Numbered from the stretch's first letter, positions 18,410-28,571 are shown. The stretch: 64,000 bases of DNA from an uncultured delta proteobacterium (GCA_963816145.1 CAWFJP010000030.1:480001-544000), one strand, 5' to 3'. Notes: generated by a model not told the origin, from the sequence alone. Numbers and translations are program-made.

Positions 18410-20299
18410 ATGGGGGATAGTTACATGGCGCTCGACCAGCTGAGTTCGGAATCCAGCGATGATTGCATTGGATGGGATGATTCGGATCTCGGGAGATCCA
18501 TCACCGATCGCTTTGAACGAGTTGTCCGGCAGTATCCTCATCGGCTCGCCGTCAAAACTCATGAACAACAACTGACTTACGACGAGCTCAACCAAGCCGC
18601 CAATCGCCTCGCCCGCCGGATTGTGACTGCGCAAGGAACAAGCAACGAACCGGTCGCCATACTGATGGATCAAGGCGCGGGTATGATTATCGCTATTCTG
18701 GCCGTCCTGAAAGCGGGAAAAATCTACGTCCCGCTTGATTGTTCAAGCTCCGCCGAAAGCCTCCAATCCATTCTATTGGATTGTCAGACTAAGTGCATAG
18801 TCACCGATAATGCGCATAAGCCACAAAAAGCCAGAGGCACTCAAATTATCAACCTTGACGAATTGGACGCAACTATTTGCACAGACAATGTCGCGCTGGC
18901 GCTCACTCCCGACACATGGTCGTCGATCATTTACACTTCGGGTTCAACAGGCGTACCCAAGGGCGTGCTTGAAGACCACAAATACATTCTTCGTATCATT
19001 CGTGCTTACAGTGAAAATGTTGACATCTCACCCAATGATAAGCTTATTCTCCTTTTTTCATTGGCTTCTAACGCTTCCCTCGGAAATCTCTTTGGTGCTT
19101 TGCTCAACGGGGCGACCATTTACTGCCTTGACCTAAAAAACGAAAACATGGCTCGGCTTGCGGCGTGGTTAAGGCAGGAAAAGATTACGATTTACCATTC
19201 CAGCGCTAGCCTTTTCCGAAAATTCGCTGAGAGCGTTCAAGACGGCGAAATTTTCCCAGACGTCCGTATCGTTCAACTGAGCGCCGAGCCCGTTTTGCCG
19301 GGAGACTTTGAGTTATGCAGACGGCACTTTGTACCCGAATGTATTTTCATTAATAGTTTTGCGACAACGGAGGTGGGGCCTTTTCTGCAATATCGACTGG
19401 AGCTCGCGACTTCTTTTATGGGAGACGTTTTGCCCATAGGCTTTCCCACAAACGGAATGCGGGTTTACCTTATTGACGACGACGGGCGACAGGTGGGTCC
19501 TTACGCGACAGGTGAGCTTGTCGTCCAAAGCCGTTACTTGTCTCTCGGCTATTGGGACAAACCAGAGCTGACCGCAAGCAAATTCCTTCCTGACCCGGAA
19601 GGTGGCGATCAATGGCTGTACCTCACAGGAGACCTTGGCCGCATGACAGCTGATGGTTGTTTTTTCCATGTTGGCCGCAAGGATTTTCAGGTTAAGATTA
19701 GAGGATATCGGGTAAACACCGGCGAAGTTGAAATGATCATGCTCTCTCACCCTGGCGTCAAGCAGGTGGCTGTCTTGAGCCAGACGAAAAAAAATAGTGA
19801 AACGTACCTTATAGCTTATTATGTACCGGCCCAAGAGACGATCCGCACGGGAGCAAAACTGCAGGCCTATCTGAGAGAACGCCTTCCGGAGTATATGGTT
19901 CCGTCGGCTTTCGTAAAGGTCGACGTTTTGCCAACGGCGCCAAGCGGGAAAGTGGATCGGTGCGTGCTTGCGTCACTGAAGAATGTCAAGGCGGAATGCG
20001 AAAGCTTCTTCGTCGCCGCTCGTACGCCGATTGAAGAAACGTTGACAGAAATGTGGACGGAGATTCTCGGAACAGAACCAGTCGGAATTCACGATAATTT
20101 TCTGGAGCTCGGTGGCCATTCGTTGAACGCTATTCAAATCATCGCACGGGTGCGTGCAATCTTCGGCGTCGAGCTATCCATGCAGTCCTTGATCGACGCG
20201 AACGCGGCAACCGTAGCCGTTATCGCCGGCTGGATCGAACAATTGATTCAGAGCCAGGGACACGAGACGAACAGCCACTCATATGAAATTCGCGGATGA
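18410..20299 (+). CDS. Stand-alone NRPS-like adenylation + carrier (A-PCP) protein
   Basis: YTSGSTGVPKG, TGDLGR, GRKDFQVKIRGYR, SGKVDR, FLELGGHSL; no C/TE/R domain; visibly more AT-rich; start uncertain. Confidence 0.85.
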   Translation: MGDSYMALDQLSSESSDDCIGWDDSDLGRSITDRFERVVRQYPHRLAVKTHEQQLTYDELNQAANRLARRIVTAQGTSNEPVAILMDQGAGMIIAILAVLKAGKIYVPLDCSSSAESLQSILLDCQTKCIVTDNAHKPQKARGTQIINLDELDATICTDNVALALTPDTWSSIIYTSGSTGVPKGVLEDHKYILRIIRAYSENVDISPNDKLILLFSLASNASLGNLFGALLNGATIYCLDLKNENMARLAAWLRQEKITIYHSSASLFRKFAESVQDGEIFPDVRIVQLSAEPVLPGDFELCRRHFVPECIFINSFATTEVGPFLQYRLELATSFMGDVLPIGFPTNGMRVYLIDDDGRQVGPYATGELVVQSRYLSLGYWDKPELTASKFLPDPEGGDQWLYLTGDLGRMTADGCFFHVGRKDFQVKIRGYRVNTGEVEMIMLSHPGVKQVAVLSQTKKNSETYLIAYYVPAQETIRTGAKLQAYLRERLPEYMVPSAFVKVDVLPTAPSGKVDRCVLASLKNVKAECESFFVAARTPIEETLTEMWTEILGTEPVGIHDNFLELGGHSLNAIQIIARVRAIFGVELSMQSLIDANAATVAVIAGWIEQLIQSQGHETNSHSYEIRG

Positions 20300-20433
20300 C
20301 AACGTCCCTGACCAAAAAAACTCATCGGCGTGGGTGAAATGACTTTTGTTAAAAATCATACCAATTCCTCGTTCTATTTAGTAAAGGCCGCAATCCTCCA
20401 AAACGGCTGGCACGATTTGAACGGGCGGAACTT

Positions 20434-21495
20434 TCATTCTGAGTTCCACAACGACACCGCCATGCGCAGCTTGCCATGTTCGAGGTCTGCCAGCGCCTCA
20501 TTGATCTGCTCGTAGCGATAGCTTTGCGTGATCAGGCTTCTGAGCTCAATGCGCCCCTGCTGCGCCATTTGAAACACTTCGTCGACGTCATTGGCTTGCC
20601 GGCTCGACACCCCGGTGATGGTGATTTCCCGGGTGACGAAGTTACCGCTGCTGATCGTGAACGGGCCGCTGCCTAAGCCGCCGATAATCGTCGCCGTGCC
20701 GCCGGGCCGGGTCGCTTGAATGATCTGATCCGAGGTCTTGGCGTTGCCGATCGCTTCGAAGGCCTTATCGACACCGCCCGAGGTCAATTTGATGACCGCT
20801 TTCACCGGATCTTCCGCGCTCGCGTTGATCGTGTGCGTCGCGCCGAAGCTTTTCGCCGCCGCCAATTTATCCTCGGTGATGTCGACGGCGATGATCGGGT
20901 AGGCGCCGAAGCATTTAAGGAATTGAATCGTGTTCAATCCGATGCCACCGCAGCCGATCACCAGCGCCGACTCATTGGGCTGCAATTTGCCGCGGTGTTT
21001 AACGGCGTTGTACGCGGTGGTCACCCGGCAGCCCACCACGCTCGCCTCTTCCATCGAAATGCCGTCGGGAATTTTGAATGTCATGTACGCCGGCACCGAC
21101 ACATACTGGGCAAAGCCGCCGACATTCCAACGCGTCACCACCGTGCCGTCTTTTTTTCTCAAATTCGGCGGTGCCGGCCGGCGCTCGCAGAGATTTTCAT
21201 GGGCGCTCAAACAATAGCGGCAGCGGCCGCACTTGTAGCGCATGCCGATGATCACTCGATCGCCGACCTTGAAGTCCTTGCACTGCGCGCCAATCTGTTC
21301 GACGGTGCCCGCCACTTCATGGCCGAGGATCGTCGGCGGCGTGAAGCGATTGCGCCCTTCGATGACTTTCAAGTCGGTATGGCACACGCCGCAGGACGCG
21401 ACTTTGATCAACACATCCTCATCGTGGACGTCCGGCATTTCGAGATCTTCGATCTTCAACGGTTGACGAACTTCATAGAGAACAGCGGCTTTCAT
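20434..21495 (-). CDS. Zinc-dependent alcohol dehydrogenase (MDR)
   Basis: CGVCHTD, GHE, CxxCxxC-x7-C, GCGGIG. Confidence 0.9.
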   Translation of the reverse strand: MKAAVLYEVRQPLKIEDLEMPDVHDEDVLIKVASCGVCHTDLKVIEGRNRFTPPTILGHEVAGTVEQIGAQCKDFKVGDRVIIGMRYKCGRCRYCLSAHENLCERRPAPPNLRKKDGTVVTRWNVGGFAQYVSVPAYMTFKIPDGISMEEASVVGCRVTTAYNAVKHRGKLQPNESALVIGCGGIGLNTIQFLKCFGAYPIIAVDITEDKLAAAKSFGATHTINASAEDPVKAVIKLTSGGVDKAFEAIGNAKTSDQIIQATRPGGTATIIGGLGSGPFTISSGNFVTREITITGVSSRQANDVDEVFQMAQQGRIELRSLITQSYRYEQINEALADLEHGKLRMAVSLWNSE

Positions 21496-21629
21496 GGCGG
21501 CTCCTTTCAGCGCACAACAAACAATAGAAAGGGCAACCACTGGGGTTGCCCCGACATAAACCTCTCGGAATTTACTTACGCCAGCGGAACGCTTGGGGTC
21601 AAGGGAAAGAACACTCGTGACCGGCTTGC

Positions 21630-22370
21630 TTATTTGATCGCCTTCGCCCGCTCGATCATCTCCTGCGCCGAGATCTCCTGACCGTAAAGCGGATTGGTCT
21701 GCTCGAACAGCCTGGAGCGATCGAGTCCACCCAACACCGCCGGATCAAAACCGGCGTCACGCACGAGCATGGATGCAACTTTCAAGGCTTCTTGGTCGTC
21801 ACCGGCCATTGGGATACCAATACGACCTTGGGGGCGATTGGCGTTACTCCTGAGCCGATTGACGCCCAAAGTGTTGAACGCGCGCACGACGCGCGCGCCG
21901 GGGAGCAATCTTTGCGTCGTCAAACCGACGCCCTTTTCACGCGCCTCCTTGCCGATCTCGCCGTCGCGCGCCAGCACTGCGTTGCCGGTGTCTATAACGA
22001 TCTTGCCGACGAGATCTTTGGCATAATCTTTGGAAATCTGCGCCATTGAGCCGTAGGGAACCGCGATTAAAATCACATCGCCAAACGCGATCGCCTCGCT
22101 CACTGTCCCCGCACGCGCCCGCGGCCCGGCTTTTTCGACCAGCGGTTTTAGATTCTCCGGGTTGCGCGACGAAAATAGCACTTGATGCCCCGCCTTCACC
22201 CAAAACTCTCCCAGCGTGCTGCCGATATTGCCCGAGCCGATGATGCCGATCTTCAGTTGCGAGCTGGTAGCCGATCCCTGCGCATTCACTCCCGCTGGCG
22301 CACTCCCGAGTAACAACCCGATCGTTAAGATATTGACGAATCGCCGGCGGCTGAAAAGCAACAAACCCAT
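21630..22370 (-). CDS. F420-dependent NADP oxidoreductase-like protein with Tat-like signal
   Basis: SRRRFV plus hydrophobic stretch; KIGIIGSGNIG; VVRAFN. Confidence 0.75.
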   Translation of the reverse strand: MGLLLFSRRRFVNILTIGLLLGSAPAGVNAQGSATSSQLKIGIIGSGNIGSTLGEFWVKAGHQVLFSSRNPENLKPLVEKAGPRARAGTVSEAIAFGDVILIAVPYGSMAQISKDYAKDLVGKIVIDTGNAVLARDGEIGKEAREKGVGLTTQRLLPGARVVRAFNTLGVNRLRSNANRPQGRIGIPMAGDDQEALKVASMLVRDAGFDPAVLGGLDRSRLFEQTNPLYGQEISAQEMIERAKAIK

Positions 22371-22410
22371 GGTAGGTTCTCCTCGGTCGATCACAGCGCA
22401 CGGTTCCCGT

Positions 22411-22454
22411 GCGAACGGCTTGAACGATTGGAACTACTTGAACGGTTTGAACGC
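22411..22454 (+). repeat. TTG(G)AAC 9-mer tandem array
   Basis: gcgaacggc ttgaacgat tggaactac ttgaacggt ttgaacg. Confidence 0.8.
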
Positions 22455-22466
22455 GTTCCCATTTTT

Positions 22467-23480
22467 TTATCGCGGATACAACTCCTTGATAAATCCATCC
22501 TTCGCCAACTGCTCCAGCGGCGCCGGATCGTAGAACTTGCGCGCATCTGCGCCTTTAGCCTTGGGGTTGCGCTCGGCCAAGTCTTCCATCACCGCTTCCA
22601 TTTCCGGCAAGGTCACCGTGGGAACATTGCGGATGTAACCGAGCACGTAGCTTTTGAACGCGCTCATGAGCAATTTCGTATCCGTGTTGCGCGTGTACTT
22701 GCCGAGCACGCGCACGGTGAAGTCGGGGTTGGCCTTGGCATACTTGATGCCTTCCAACGTTGCCTTGAGAAAGCGGTTGAGCGTCTGCGGCCGATTGCGA
22801 ATAAACGAATCCGTCGTCACCAGTGCGGTGCCGGGATAGCGAAACTTAACTTCGCTCAAATTCAGGAATTCCTTGTAGCCGGCTTCCTTCGCCTTCTCCA
22901 AAGTGGGCGACGAAATCAAGCCGCCTTTGATCACACCCTGCTGCATGAAGAGCAAGATTTCCGGCACACCGCCGGTTTGGATCATCTTGATGTCCTTGTT
23001 CGGATCGAGACCAAATTCGGCGACCGCTTTGCGCAAACCGAGATCGGTAAGCGAGCCGAACCGGCTGACGCCAAAGGTCTTGCCTTTCAAATCCTGCGGC
23101 GTCGCGATATCCGGCGCCGTCACTAGGCTCATGGGAATGACATTGATCGTCGTCGCGATGGTGATCGCATCCGAACCTGACAAACGCGACAGCGCTGCCG
23201 CCGCGCCCGATCCCTGGACGATTTGGGCATCGCCGGAAACCAAAGTACTGATCGCTTGTGAGCCCGAGACATAAATCACGTTCACATCGAGGCCGTATTT
23301 TTTGAAGATACCGGCGTCCTGCGGCACCCAAGTGGTGATCGAAGTGGCGGCAATCGACGAATAGCAGACGTTGAGCTTCTCTAACTCCGCGAGTTGCGCA
23401 CCGACGCCGATCCCGGCGCAAGAAAGCGCCAACGTCAGTGATAGCGCCGCTATCATGCAATATTTTCTGCAACGCCGCAT
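22467..23480 (-). CDS. NMT1/SsuA-like ABC substrate-binding protein
   Basis: IFKKYGLDV, LKGKTFGVSRFGSLTD, GFIKELY. Confidence 0.85.
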   Translation of the reverse strand: MRRCRKYCMIAALSLTLALSCAGIGVGAQLAELEKLNVCYSSIAATSITTWVPQDAGIFKKYGLDVNVIYVSGSQAISTLVSGDAQIVQGSGAAAALSRLSGSDAITIATTINVIPMSLVTAPDIATPQDLKGKTFGVSRFGSLTDLGLRKAVAEFGLDPNKDIKMIQTGGVPEILLFMQQGVIKGGLISSPTLEKAKEAGYKEFLNLSEVKFRYPGTALVTTDSFIRNRPQTLNRFLKATLEGIKYAKANPDFTVRVLGKYTRNTDTKLLMSAFKSYVLGYIRNVPTVTLPEMEAVMEDLAERNPKAKGADARKFYDPAPLEQLAKDGFIKELYPR

Positions 23481-23671
23481 TGAAGCTCCTCCGTTCTTGT
23501 CCAGGGGAATCCCGTCAGCTCTCCGTGGCTGACGTTAGAGAAGGGCCAACCCAGTGTCAAGGCGCAATTGTTTACCTGGCGCAATTGTTTACCCCGAGTC
23601 GCTATGATATTTCCGGTCCTGTCAATGATGTTGATGGGAGCATCGTAAAACGGACGAAAGGTAGTTTAAAA

Positions 23672-24505
23672 ATGCGCGCTTTCGACGTCCACGTTCATCC
23701 AAGCACCCGCGGGCTGGATTATCACGCCTGCGGCTACTTCAAAAGAAATCTCGCCGAGATCCCGCAAACCCCGGCAGGCTTCGCCGCTGTTTATGCCAAG
23801 AGCGATGTTCAAGCCCTCTTAATCGGCTGGCACCCATCGACGGTCAACGAAGGCGCGCGCAACAGCAACGAACATGTGCTTGACCTGGCAGGACAATTTC
23901 CCGTGACATTTCCTGGCATCCTCGCCGCCCTCGACACCAACGCCGCGGATTTGACCAGCGTCGCGCGCTACGCCGAGGAACTGGTGAAGAACGCCAAGGT
24001 CAAAGGCTTCAAGTTCCATCCGCCCGATCAAGGTTTTTACCCCAACGACAAACGGTTCTACGACATCTGGGAAATTATTCAGTCAAGCGGCAAACCGGCA
24101 CTGTTTCACGTCGGCTTCACCGTGCTCGGCGCCAACACCGAAGGCGGCAGCGGCATCGCCCTCGACTACGGCCGGCCGATTTATCTCGACACGCTCGCGC
24201 GTGATTTCCCCAAGATGAAAATCATCGCCGCCCATCCCGGCTGGCCCTGGGAACAGGAACTGATCGGCGTCGTGACGCACAAAAAGAATCTCTTCGTAGA
24301 CACCTCCGGTTATCTTGCCGAACAGCTCCCCGATTTATTTCAAAAAGCCATCGGCAGCCGGCTGCAGGACAAAGCGCTCTTCGGCACCGATTTTCCCTAC
24401 GTCGATTTGGAAAAGGCTTTGGTGAGTTTCGACAAAATGAATTTCAAGCCGACGGTGAAGGACAAACTGCTGTTCGGCAACGCCCAGCAGCTATTCAATC
24501 TTTAG
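23672..24505 (+). CDS. Amidohydrolase_2 family protein
   Basis: MRAFDVHVH, GFKFHP, AHPGWPW, FGTDFP; ATG at 23672. Confidence 0.85.
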   Translation: MRAFDVHVHPSTRGLDYHACGYFKRNLAEIPQTPAGFAAVYAKSDVQALLIGWHPSTVNEGARNSNEHVLDLAGQFPVTFPGILAALDTNAADLTSVARYAEELVKNAKVKGFKFHPPDQGFYPNDKRFYDIWEIIQSSGKPALFHVGFTVLGANTEGGSGIALDYGRPIYLDTLARDFPKMKIIAAHPGWPWEQELIGVVTHKKNLFVDTSGYLAEQLPDLFQKAIGSRLQDKALFGTDFPYVDLEKALVSFDKMNFKPTVKDKLLFGNAQQLFNL

Positions 24506-24546
24506 CCCGCGGGCAACGTCGCTACCGAGCTGGATGGACGCAATCC

Positions 24547-25539
24547 ATGAAACGACTCCTACTCTTGGTCATTATCAATTTTCAATTGTCTATTATCCAT
24601 TCGTTTGCGGCGCAAAGCGCCGCAAACGCCAAACTCCGCGTCGGCTACCCCTCGCCCAGCGCTGCGTTTTATCCGTTGTTCGCCACCAAGGAAGCCGGGC
24701 TCTTAGAAAAGTACGGCTTCGACAGCGAAATGGTTTACGTCCAAGGCGTGAAACTGGTACAAGTCCATGTCTCCGGCCAGCTCGACACCTCGACGGTTTC
24801 TTCCGTGGTCTACCTGCAAGCATCGGTGGGCGGCGCCGATCTGATACAAGTCGCCAGTTCCATCGACAACCAAATCATGAAACTGATGGTGCATCAGAGC
24901 ATCGCCAAACCACAGGACCTCAAGGGCAAGACCCTGGCGGTGACGGGATTCGGTTCGCTGACGGATTTGCTCGTGCGCCCGGCGCTGAAGAATTGGGGAT
25001 TGGAGCCTCAGAAAGACGTGAAGCTGGTGCAAATCGGCAGGATGCCCGACATCGCCACCGCCATCGCGCAGAAGACCGTCGACGGCGGCATGCTGTCGTT
25101 TCCGACGTCGCTGCACGCGGAAAAGTTTAATTTGAAAACTCTCATCGACTTTGCCGAGTCGGGCTTCGAAAGCCCGGCAACTACGGTAGTCGTCAGCCGC
25201 CGCTACGCCAACGCCAACCGCGACACCGTGCTGCGCTTTCTCAAGGCCTATATCGAAGGCACCAAAAGACTTCTGACCGACCGCGAGCTCGGCATCCGCG
25301 CGCTGCGCCGCTACGGCGGCGTCAGCGACCGCGACATGCTGGCGACCACGCACGACCTGTTCGCTTCGCGCTATATTAAGAAAATTCCCAAGATCAATCC
25401 CAAGGGCGTGGAGAATTCGTTGAGCATGATCGCCGAGAACAATCCCAAAGCCAGGGGCCGCAAGGCCGAAGAATTCATGGACCCGAGTTTCATGGATGAG
25501 CTCGAAGCCACGGGATTCATCAAATCGGTGTGGCCGTGA
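24547..25539 (+). CDS. NMT1/SsuA-like ABC substrate-binding protein
   Basis: LKGKTLAVTGFGSLTD; signal region contains heptamer repeats. Confidence 0.85.
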   Translation: MKRLLLLVIINFQLSIIHSFAAQSAANAKLRVGYPSPSAAFYPLFATKEAGLLEKYGFDSEMVYVQGVKLVQVHVSGQLDTSTVSSVVYLQASVGGADLIQVASSIDNQIMKLMVHQSIAKPQDLKGKTLAVTGFGSLTDLLVRPALKNWGLEPQKDVKLVQIGRMPDIATAIAQKTVDGGMLSFPTSLHAEKFNLKTLIDFAESGFESPATTVVVSRRYANANRDTVLRFLKAYIEGTKRLLTDRELGIRALRRYGGVSDRDMLATTHDLFASRYIKKIPKINPKGVENSLSMIAENNPKARGRKAEEFMDPSFMDELEATGFIKSVWP

Positions 25540-25573
25540 AGAATTTTGGATTTTGGATTGCCGATTTTCGATT
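25540..25573 (+). repeat. GATTTTG/GATTTTC heptamer array
   Basis: gaattttggattttggattgccgattttcgattg. Confidence 0.7.
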
Positions 25574-25642
25574 GACGAGCTACATGCGGGACGACTCACA
25601 TAAGTGCAACCATAAGCCCGTGAATCGATTCGCAGAGTCGCA

Positions 25643-26755
25643 ATGAAGACAACATCGTTTCTTGATTCGTCATTCCCGCGCAGGCGGGAATCCAGGTTAA
25701 CTGGGTTCGCCTGGATCCCGGCTCGCGCTCCGCTTGGCCGGGATGACGACCATGCGGACTGGTGGCGATTGCTATTCGCGTCAATCTGCGTCTCAACCTT
25801 TTTGATTCTGCTACTCCCCCCCTCCGCCGCCCGTGCCCAACAAGAAAAAATGATCGTCGGCTATAGCGCCCAGGCCGGCGCGTACGCGCCGATCTGGATC
25901 ACCAAGGAAGCCGGGCTGTTTCGAAAAAATGGTTTGGATGTCAATCTGGTTTTCATTCCCGGCGGCCCGACGGCGGCCGCTGCGATGATCGCCAACGAGG
26001 TCCAAGCGATGGCCATGGCCGGTCCCGCGATCGTTTCCAGCAATCTCGCCGGCTCCGACTTGGTGATGACTGCCGGCATCGTCAACACCTTCGCCTTTCA
26101 ATTGGTCACGGTCAAAAGCATCACGACGCCAAGCCAGCTCAACGGCAAGCGCATCGGCGTCAACCGTTTCGGCGCGGCGCCCGATGTCGCGGCGCGCTAC
26201 GCCTTCAACCATCTCAAGATCGATCCGCGCGAGGTAACGATCCTGCAGTTGGGCGAGCAGTCGACACGGCTGGAAGCGATGAAAGCCGGCCAGCTCGACG
26301 CCGCCATCTTGTTGCCGCCGATCACCACCATCGCGCTAAAAGACGGCATGAACATCTTGCTCGACATGTCCGAGTTGGGCGGCGAGTTTTTGATCACCGG
26401 CATGGCGAGCAGCCAGAAATATTTGACGCAGAACCGATCGTCCGCCGCGCGGCTGATGCGCGCCTTCGTCGAAGGCATACACTATTTCAAGACCCAACGC
26501 CGGGAGAGCGAAAAGATCATCGCCCGCTACATGCGCACGGACAACATGGAAGCGGTCGGCGCCACCTGGGAGTACTTCGCCGCCAAGATCGTGCCGCGCA
26601 AACCTTATCCATCGGTGAAAGGCGTCAAAGCGCTGCTCGACCTCGCCGCCAAAGATCGCCCCGAAGCCGCCAAGGCGACGCCGGAGCGCTTTATTAACGC
26701 AACTCTGCTAAAGGAATTGGACGACAGCGGCTTCATCGACGGCTTGTATCGATGA
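25643..26755 (+). CDS. NMT1/SsuA-like ABC substrate-binding protein (5' end overlaps a REP pair; start uncertain)
   Basis: APIWITKEAGLF, GKRIGVNRFG, LDDSGFIDGLY. Confidence 0.8.
   Translation: MKTTSFLDSSFPRRRESRLTGFAWIPARAPLGRDDDHADWWRLLFASICVSTFLILLLPPSAARAQQEKMIVGYSAQAGAYAPIWITKEAGLFRKNGLDVNLVFIPGGPTAAAAMIANEVQAMAMAGPAIVSSNLAGSDLVMTAGIVNTFAFQLVTVKSITTPSQLNGKRIGVNRFGAAPDVAARYAFNHLKIDPREVTILQLGEQSTRLEAMKAGQLDAAILLPPITTIALKDGMNILLDMSELGGEFLITGMASSQKYLTQNRSSAARLMRAFVEGIHYFKTQRRESEKIIARYMRTDNMEAVGATWEYFAAKIVPRKPYPSVKGVKALLDLAAKDRPEAAKATPERFINATLLKELDDSGFIDGLYR
25668..25748. repeat. CGTC-type REP pair
   Basis: cgtcattcccgcgcaggcgggaatcca ... tggatcccggctcgcgctccgcttggccgggatgacg. Confidence 0.8.
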
Positions 26756-26763
26756 ATAAACCC

Positions 26764-26860
26764 GTTCAAAAGTTCAAGCGTTCAAAGGTTCGGATGGAAC
26801 CATTGGAACGGCTGGAACAATTGGAACCACATTCCGACATTGAACCTTGAACCCTGAACG
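26764..26860. repeat. Inverted GTTCAA/TTGAAC arrays enclosing a TGGAAC 9-mer array
   Basis: gttcaaaagttcaagcgttcaaaggttc .. cattggaacggctggaacaattggaac .. ttgaaccttgaaccctgaac. Confidence 0.8.
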
Positions 26861-26888
26861 GGAGCGACTGAAAGGAGCGACTATTAGA

Positions 26889-28571
26889 ATGTCCGCGGAA
26901 AAAATCGCATCGCAGGCTTATTTGGAAGTCGCCGCCGCCCACGGCGTAGAGTATGTTTTTGGTCTGCCGGGCACCAGCGGCCAGGAATTCATCGGCACCA
27001 TCGCCGACCAGGAAAAGATCCGCTTCATCCTGGCGATGCACGAAACCTGCGTCGTCTCCATGGCCGACGGCCACGCCCGGGTCACCGGCCGGCCGCAACT
27101 GGCGCAAGTCAGCACACTGCCCGGTTCGGCGAACTCGGTCGGCGCGCTTTACGACGCCTACCGCGACCGCTCACCGGTGATCGTGACTTCGACCAATGTC
27201 GATACCCGCATCGACGGCCGTGACTCCCACACCGAAGGGAAGAATTTGGTCGAGATGACCAAGCAGTTCACCAAATGGAGCGCCGAAGTCCATCGCGCCG
27301 ACCGCATCCCGGAATACCTGAACCGCGCCTTCAAAGTCGCGTCATCCGCGCCAACCGGACCGGTCTATTTGGCGCTGCCGAGCAACCTGCTCGGCGAACC
27401 GATAAGTGTAGCGAATCCCGAAGCTGAACGTTCGCGCGTTTCGCCGCGCATCGCCGGCGATCCCGACGCCTTCGTGGAGGCTGCCAAAATGCTGGCGCAT
27501 GCCAAACGACCGCTGATCGTCGCCGGCAGTGCCATTGCGAAAGCCGGCGCCATTGAAGAACTAATTAAGTTTGCCGAGCTGGTCGAGGCACCGGTGGTGA
27601 TGGAACCACGCTATTCTTTTCTATCCTTTCCGACCAACCATCCACAGAGTTTTCAGATCGCCGAACGGCAGCCGTCTTTCGAGTTGCCGGTCTGGGGCGA
27701 GCCCGATGTGATCGTCGCCATCGGTTGCCGCTTGATCCGCGAGTATCGCTACATCCCGGATCCGGTAATCAAACCGTCGACAAAAATTATCCACATCGAA
27801 GAAGATCCCTGGGAGATCGGCAAAGTTTTTCCCGTCGATATCGGTATCGTCGCCGACGCCAAGAGCGCGCTCAAGTCGTTGACCGAATGCTATGCGAAGG
27901 TCGAGCCCGCGATGGCTGTGAAATCCGAGCGCCGCGAATGCATCCGCAAAGCCAAGGATCAAGCCACCGGCGAAATCGATAATCGCGTCAGCAAAGGATG
28001 GGATGGCACACCGATCAACGCCGCCCGTCTCGCCCGCACCATGGACCGGCTCGTCGAGAAAGACGCGTTGATCGTCAACGAAAGCCCGACCAGCAAAGAT
28101 CTCTTGATGTCCAACTTCCAGTTTTCGCTCGGGCGGGATTACTTTTCCAACTCATCCGGCGGCTACTTGGGTTGGGGCTTGGGCGCCGCCATCGGCGCCA
28201 AGCTCGCCTCGCCCAAAAGGCGCGTCGTCGCCTGCCTCGGCGACGGCAGCACTATGTTCGGCCTCCAAGGTCTGTGGACCCTAGCCAAGTATCGCATTCC
28301 TCTGGTCGTCATCGTTTTCAATAATCGCGCTTACATGGCTGTCAAGAATCAGTTTCGCGGCTCTGAGGAAAGAATCCGCATCGCCGCCGACATGGGCGCC
28401 GAGATCACCGGGCCCGAAATCAATTTTGCCCGGCTCGCCGAGACTTTCGGCATTCACGGTGAACGCGTCGAACACCCCGACGCCATCGAAGCGGCGCTCA
28501 AACGCGCCTTGGATCAAACCGGCCCAGCGCTGGTCGATGTCGTGATCAGCCAGAACACTCGGAAGGATTAG
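26889..28571 (+). CDS. ThDP-dependent enzyme (benzoylformate decarboxylase-like)
   Basis: VFGLPG, HE..MADG, LGWGLG, GDGS..NN motif. Confidence 0.85.
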   Translation: MSAEKIASQAYLEVAAAHGVEYVFGLPGTSGQEFIGTIADQEKIRFILAMHETCVVSMADGHARVTGRPQLAQVSTLPGSANSVGALYDAYRDRSPVIVTSTNVDTRIDGRDSHTEGKNLVEMTKQFTKWSAEVHRADRIPEYLNRAFKVASSAPTGPVYLALPSNLLGEPISVANPEAERSRVSPRIAGDPDAFVEAAKMLAHAKRPLIVAGSAIAKAGAIEELIKFAELVEAPVVMEPRYSFLSFPTNHPQSFQIAERQPSFELPVWGEPDVIVAIGCRLIREYRYIPDPVIKPSTKIIHIEEDPWEIGKVFPVDIGIVADAKSALKSLTECYAKVEPAMAVKSERRECIRKAKDQATGEIDNRVSKGWDGTPINAARLARTMDRLVEKDALIVNESPTSKDLLMSNFQFSLGRDYFSNSSGGYLGWGLGAAIGAKLASPKRRVVACLGDGSTMFGLQGLWTLAKYRIPLVVIVFNNRAYMAVKNQFRGSEERIRIAADMGAEITGPEINFARLAETFGIHGERVEHPDAIEAALKRALDQTGPALVDVVISQNTRKD

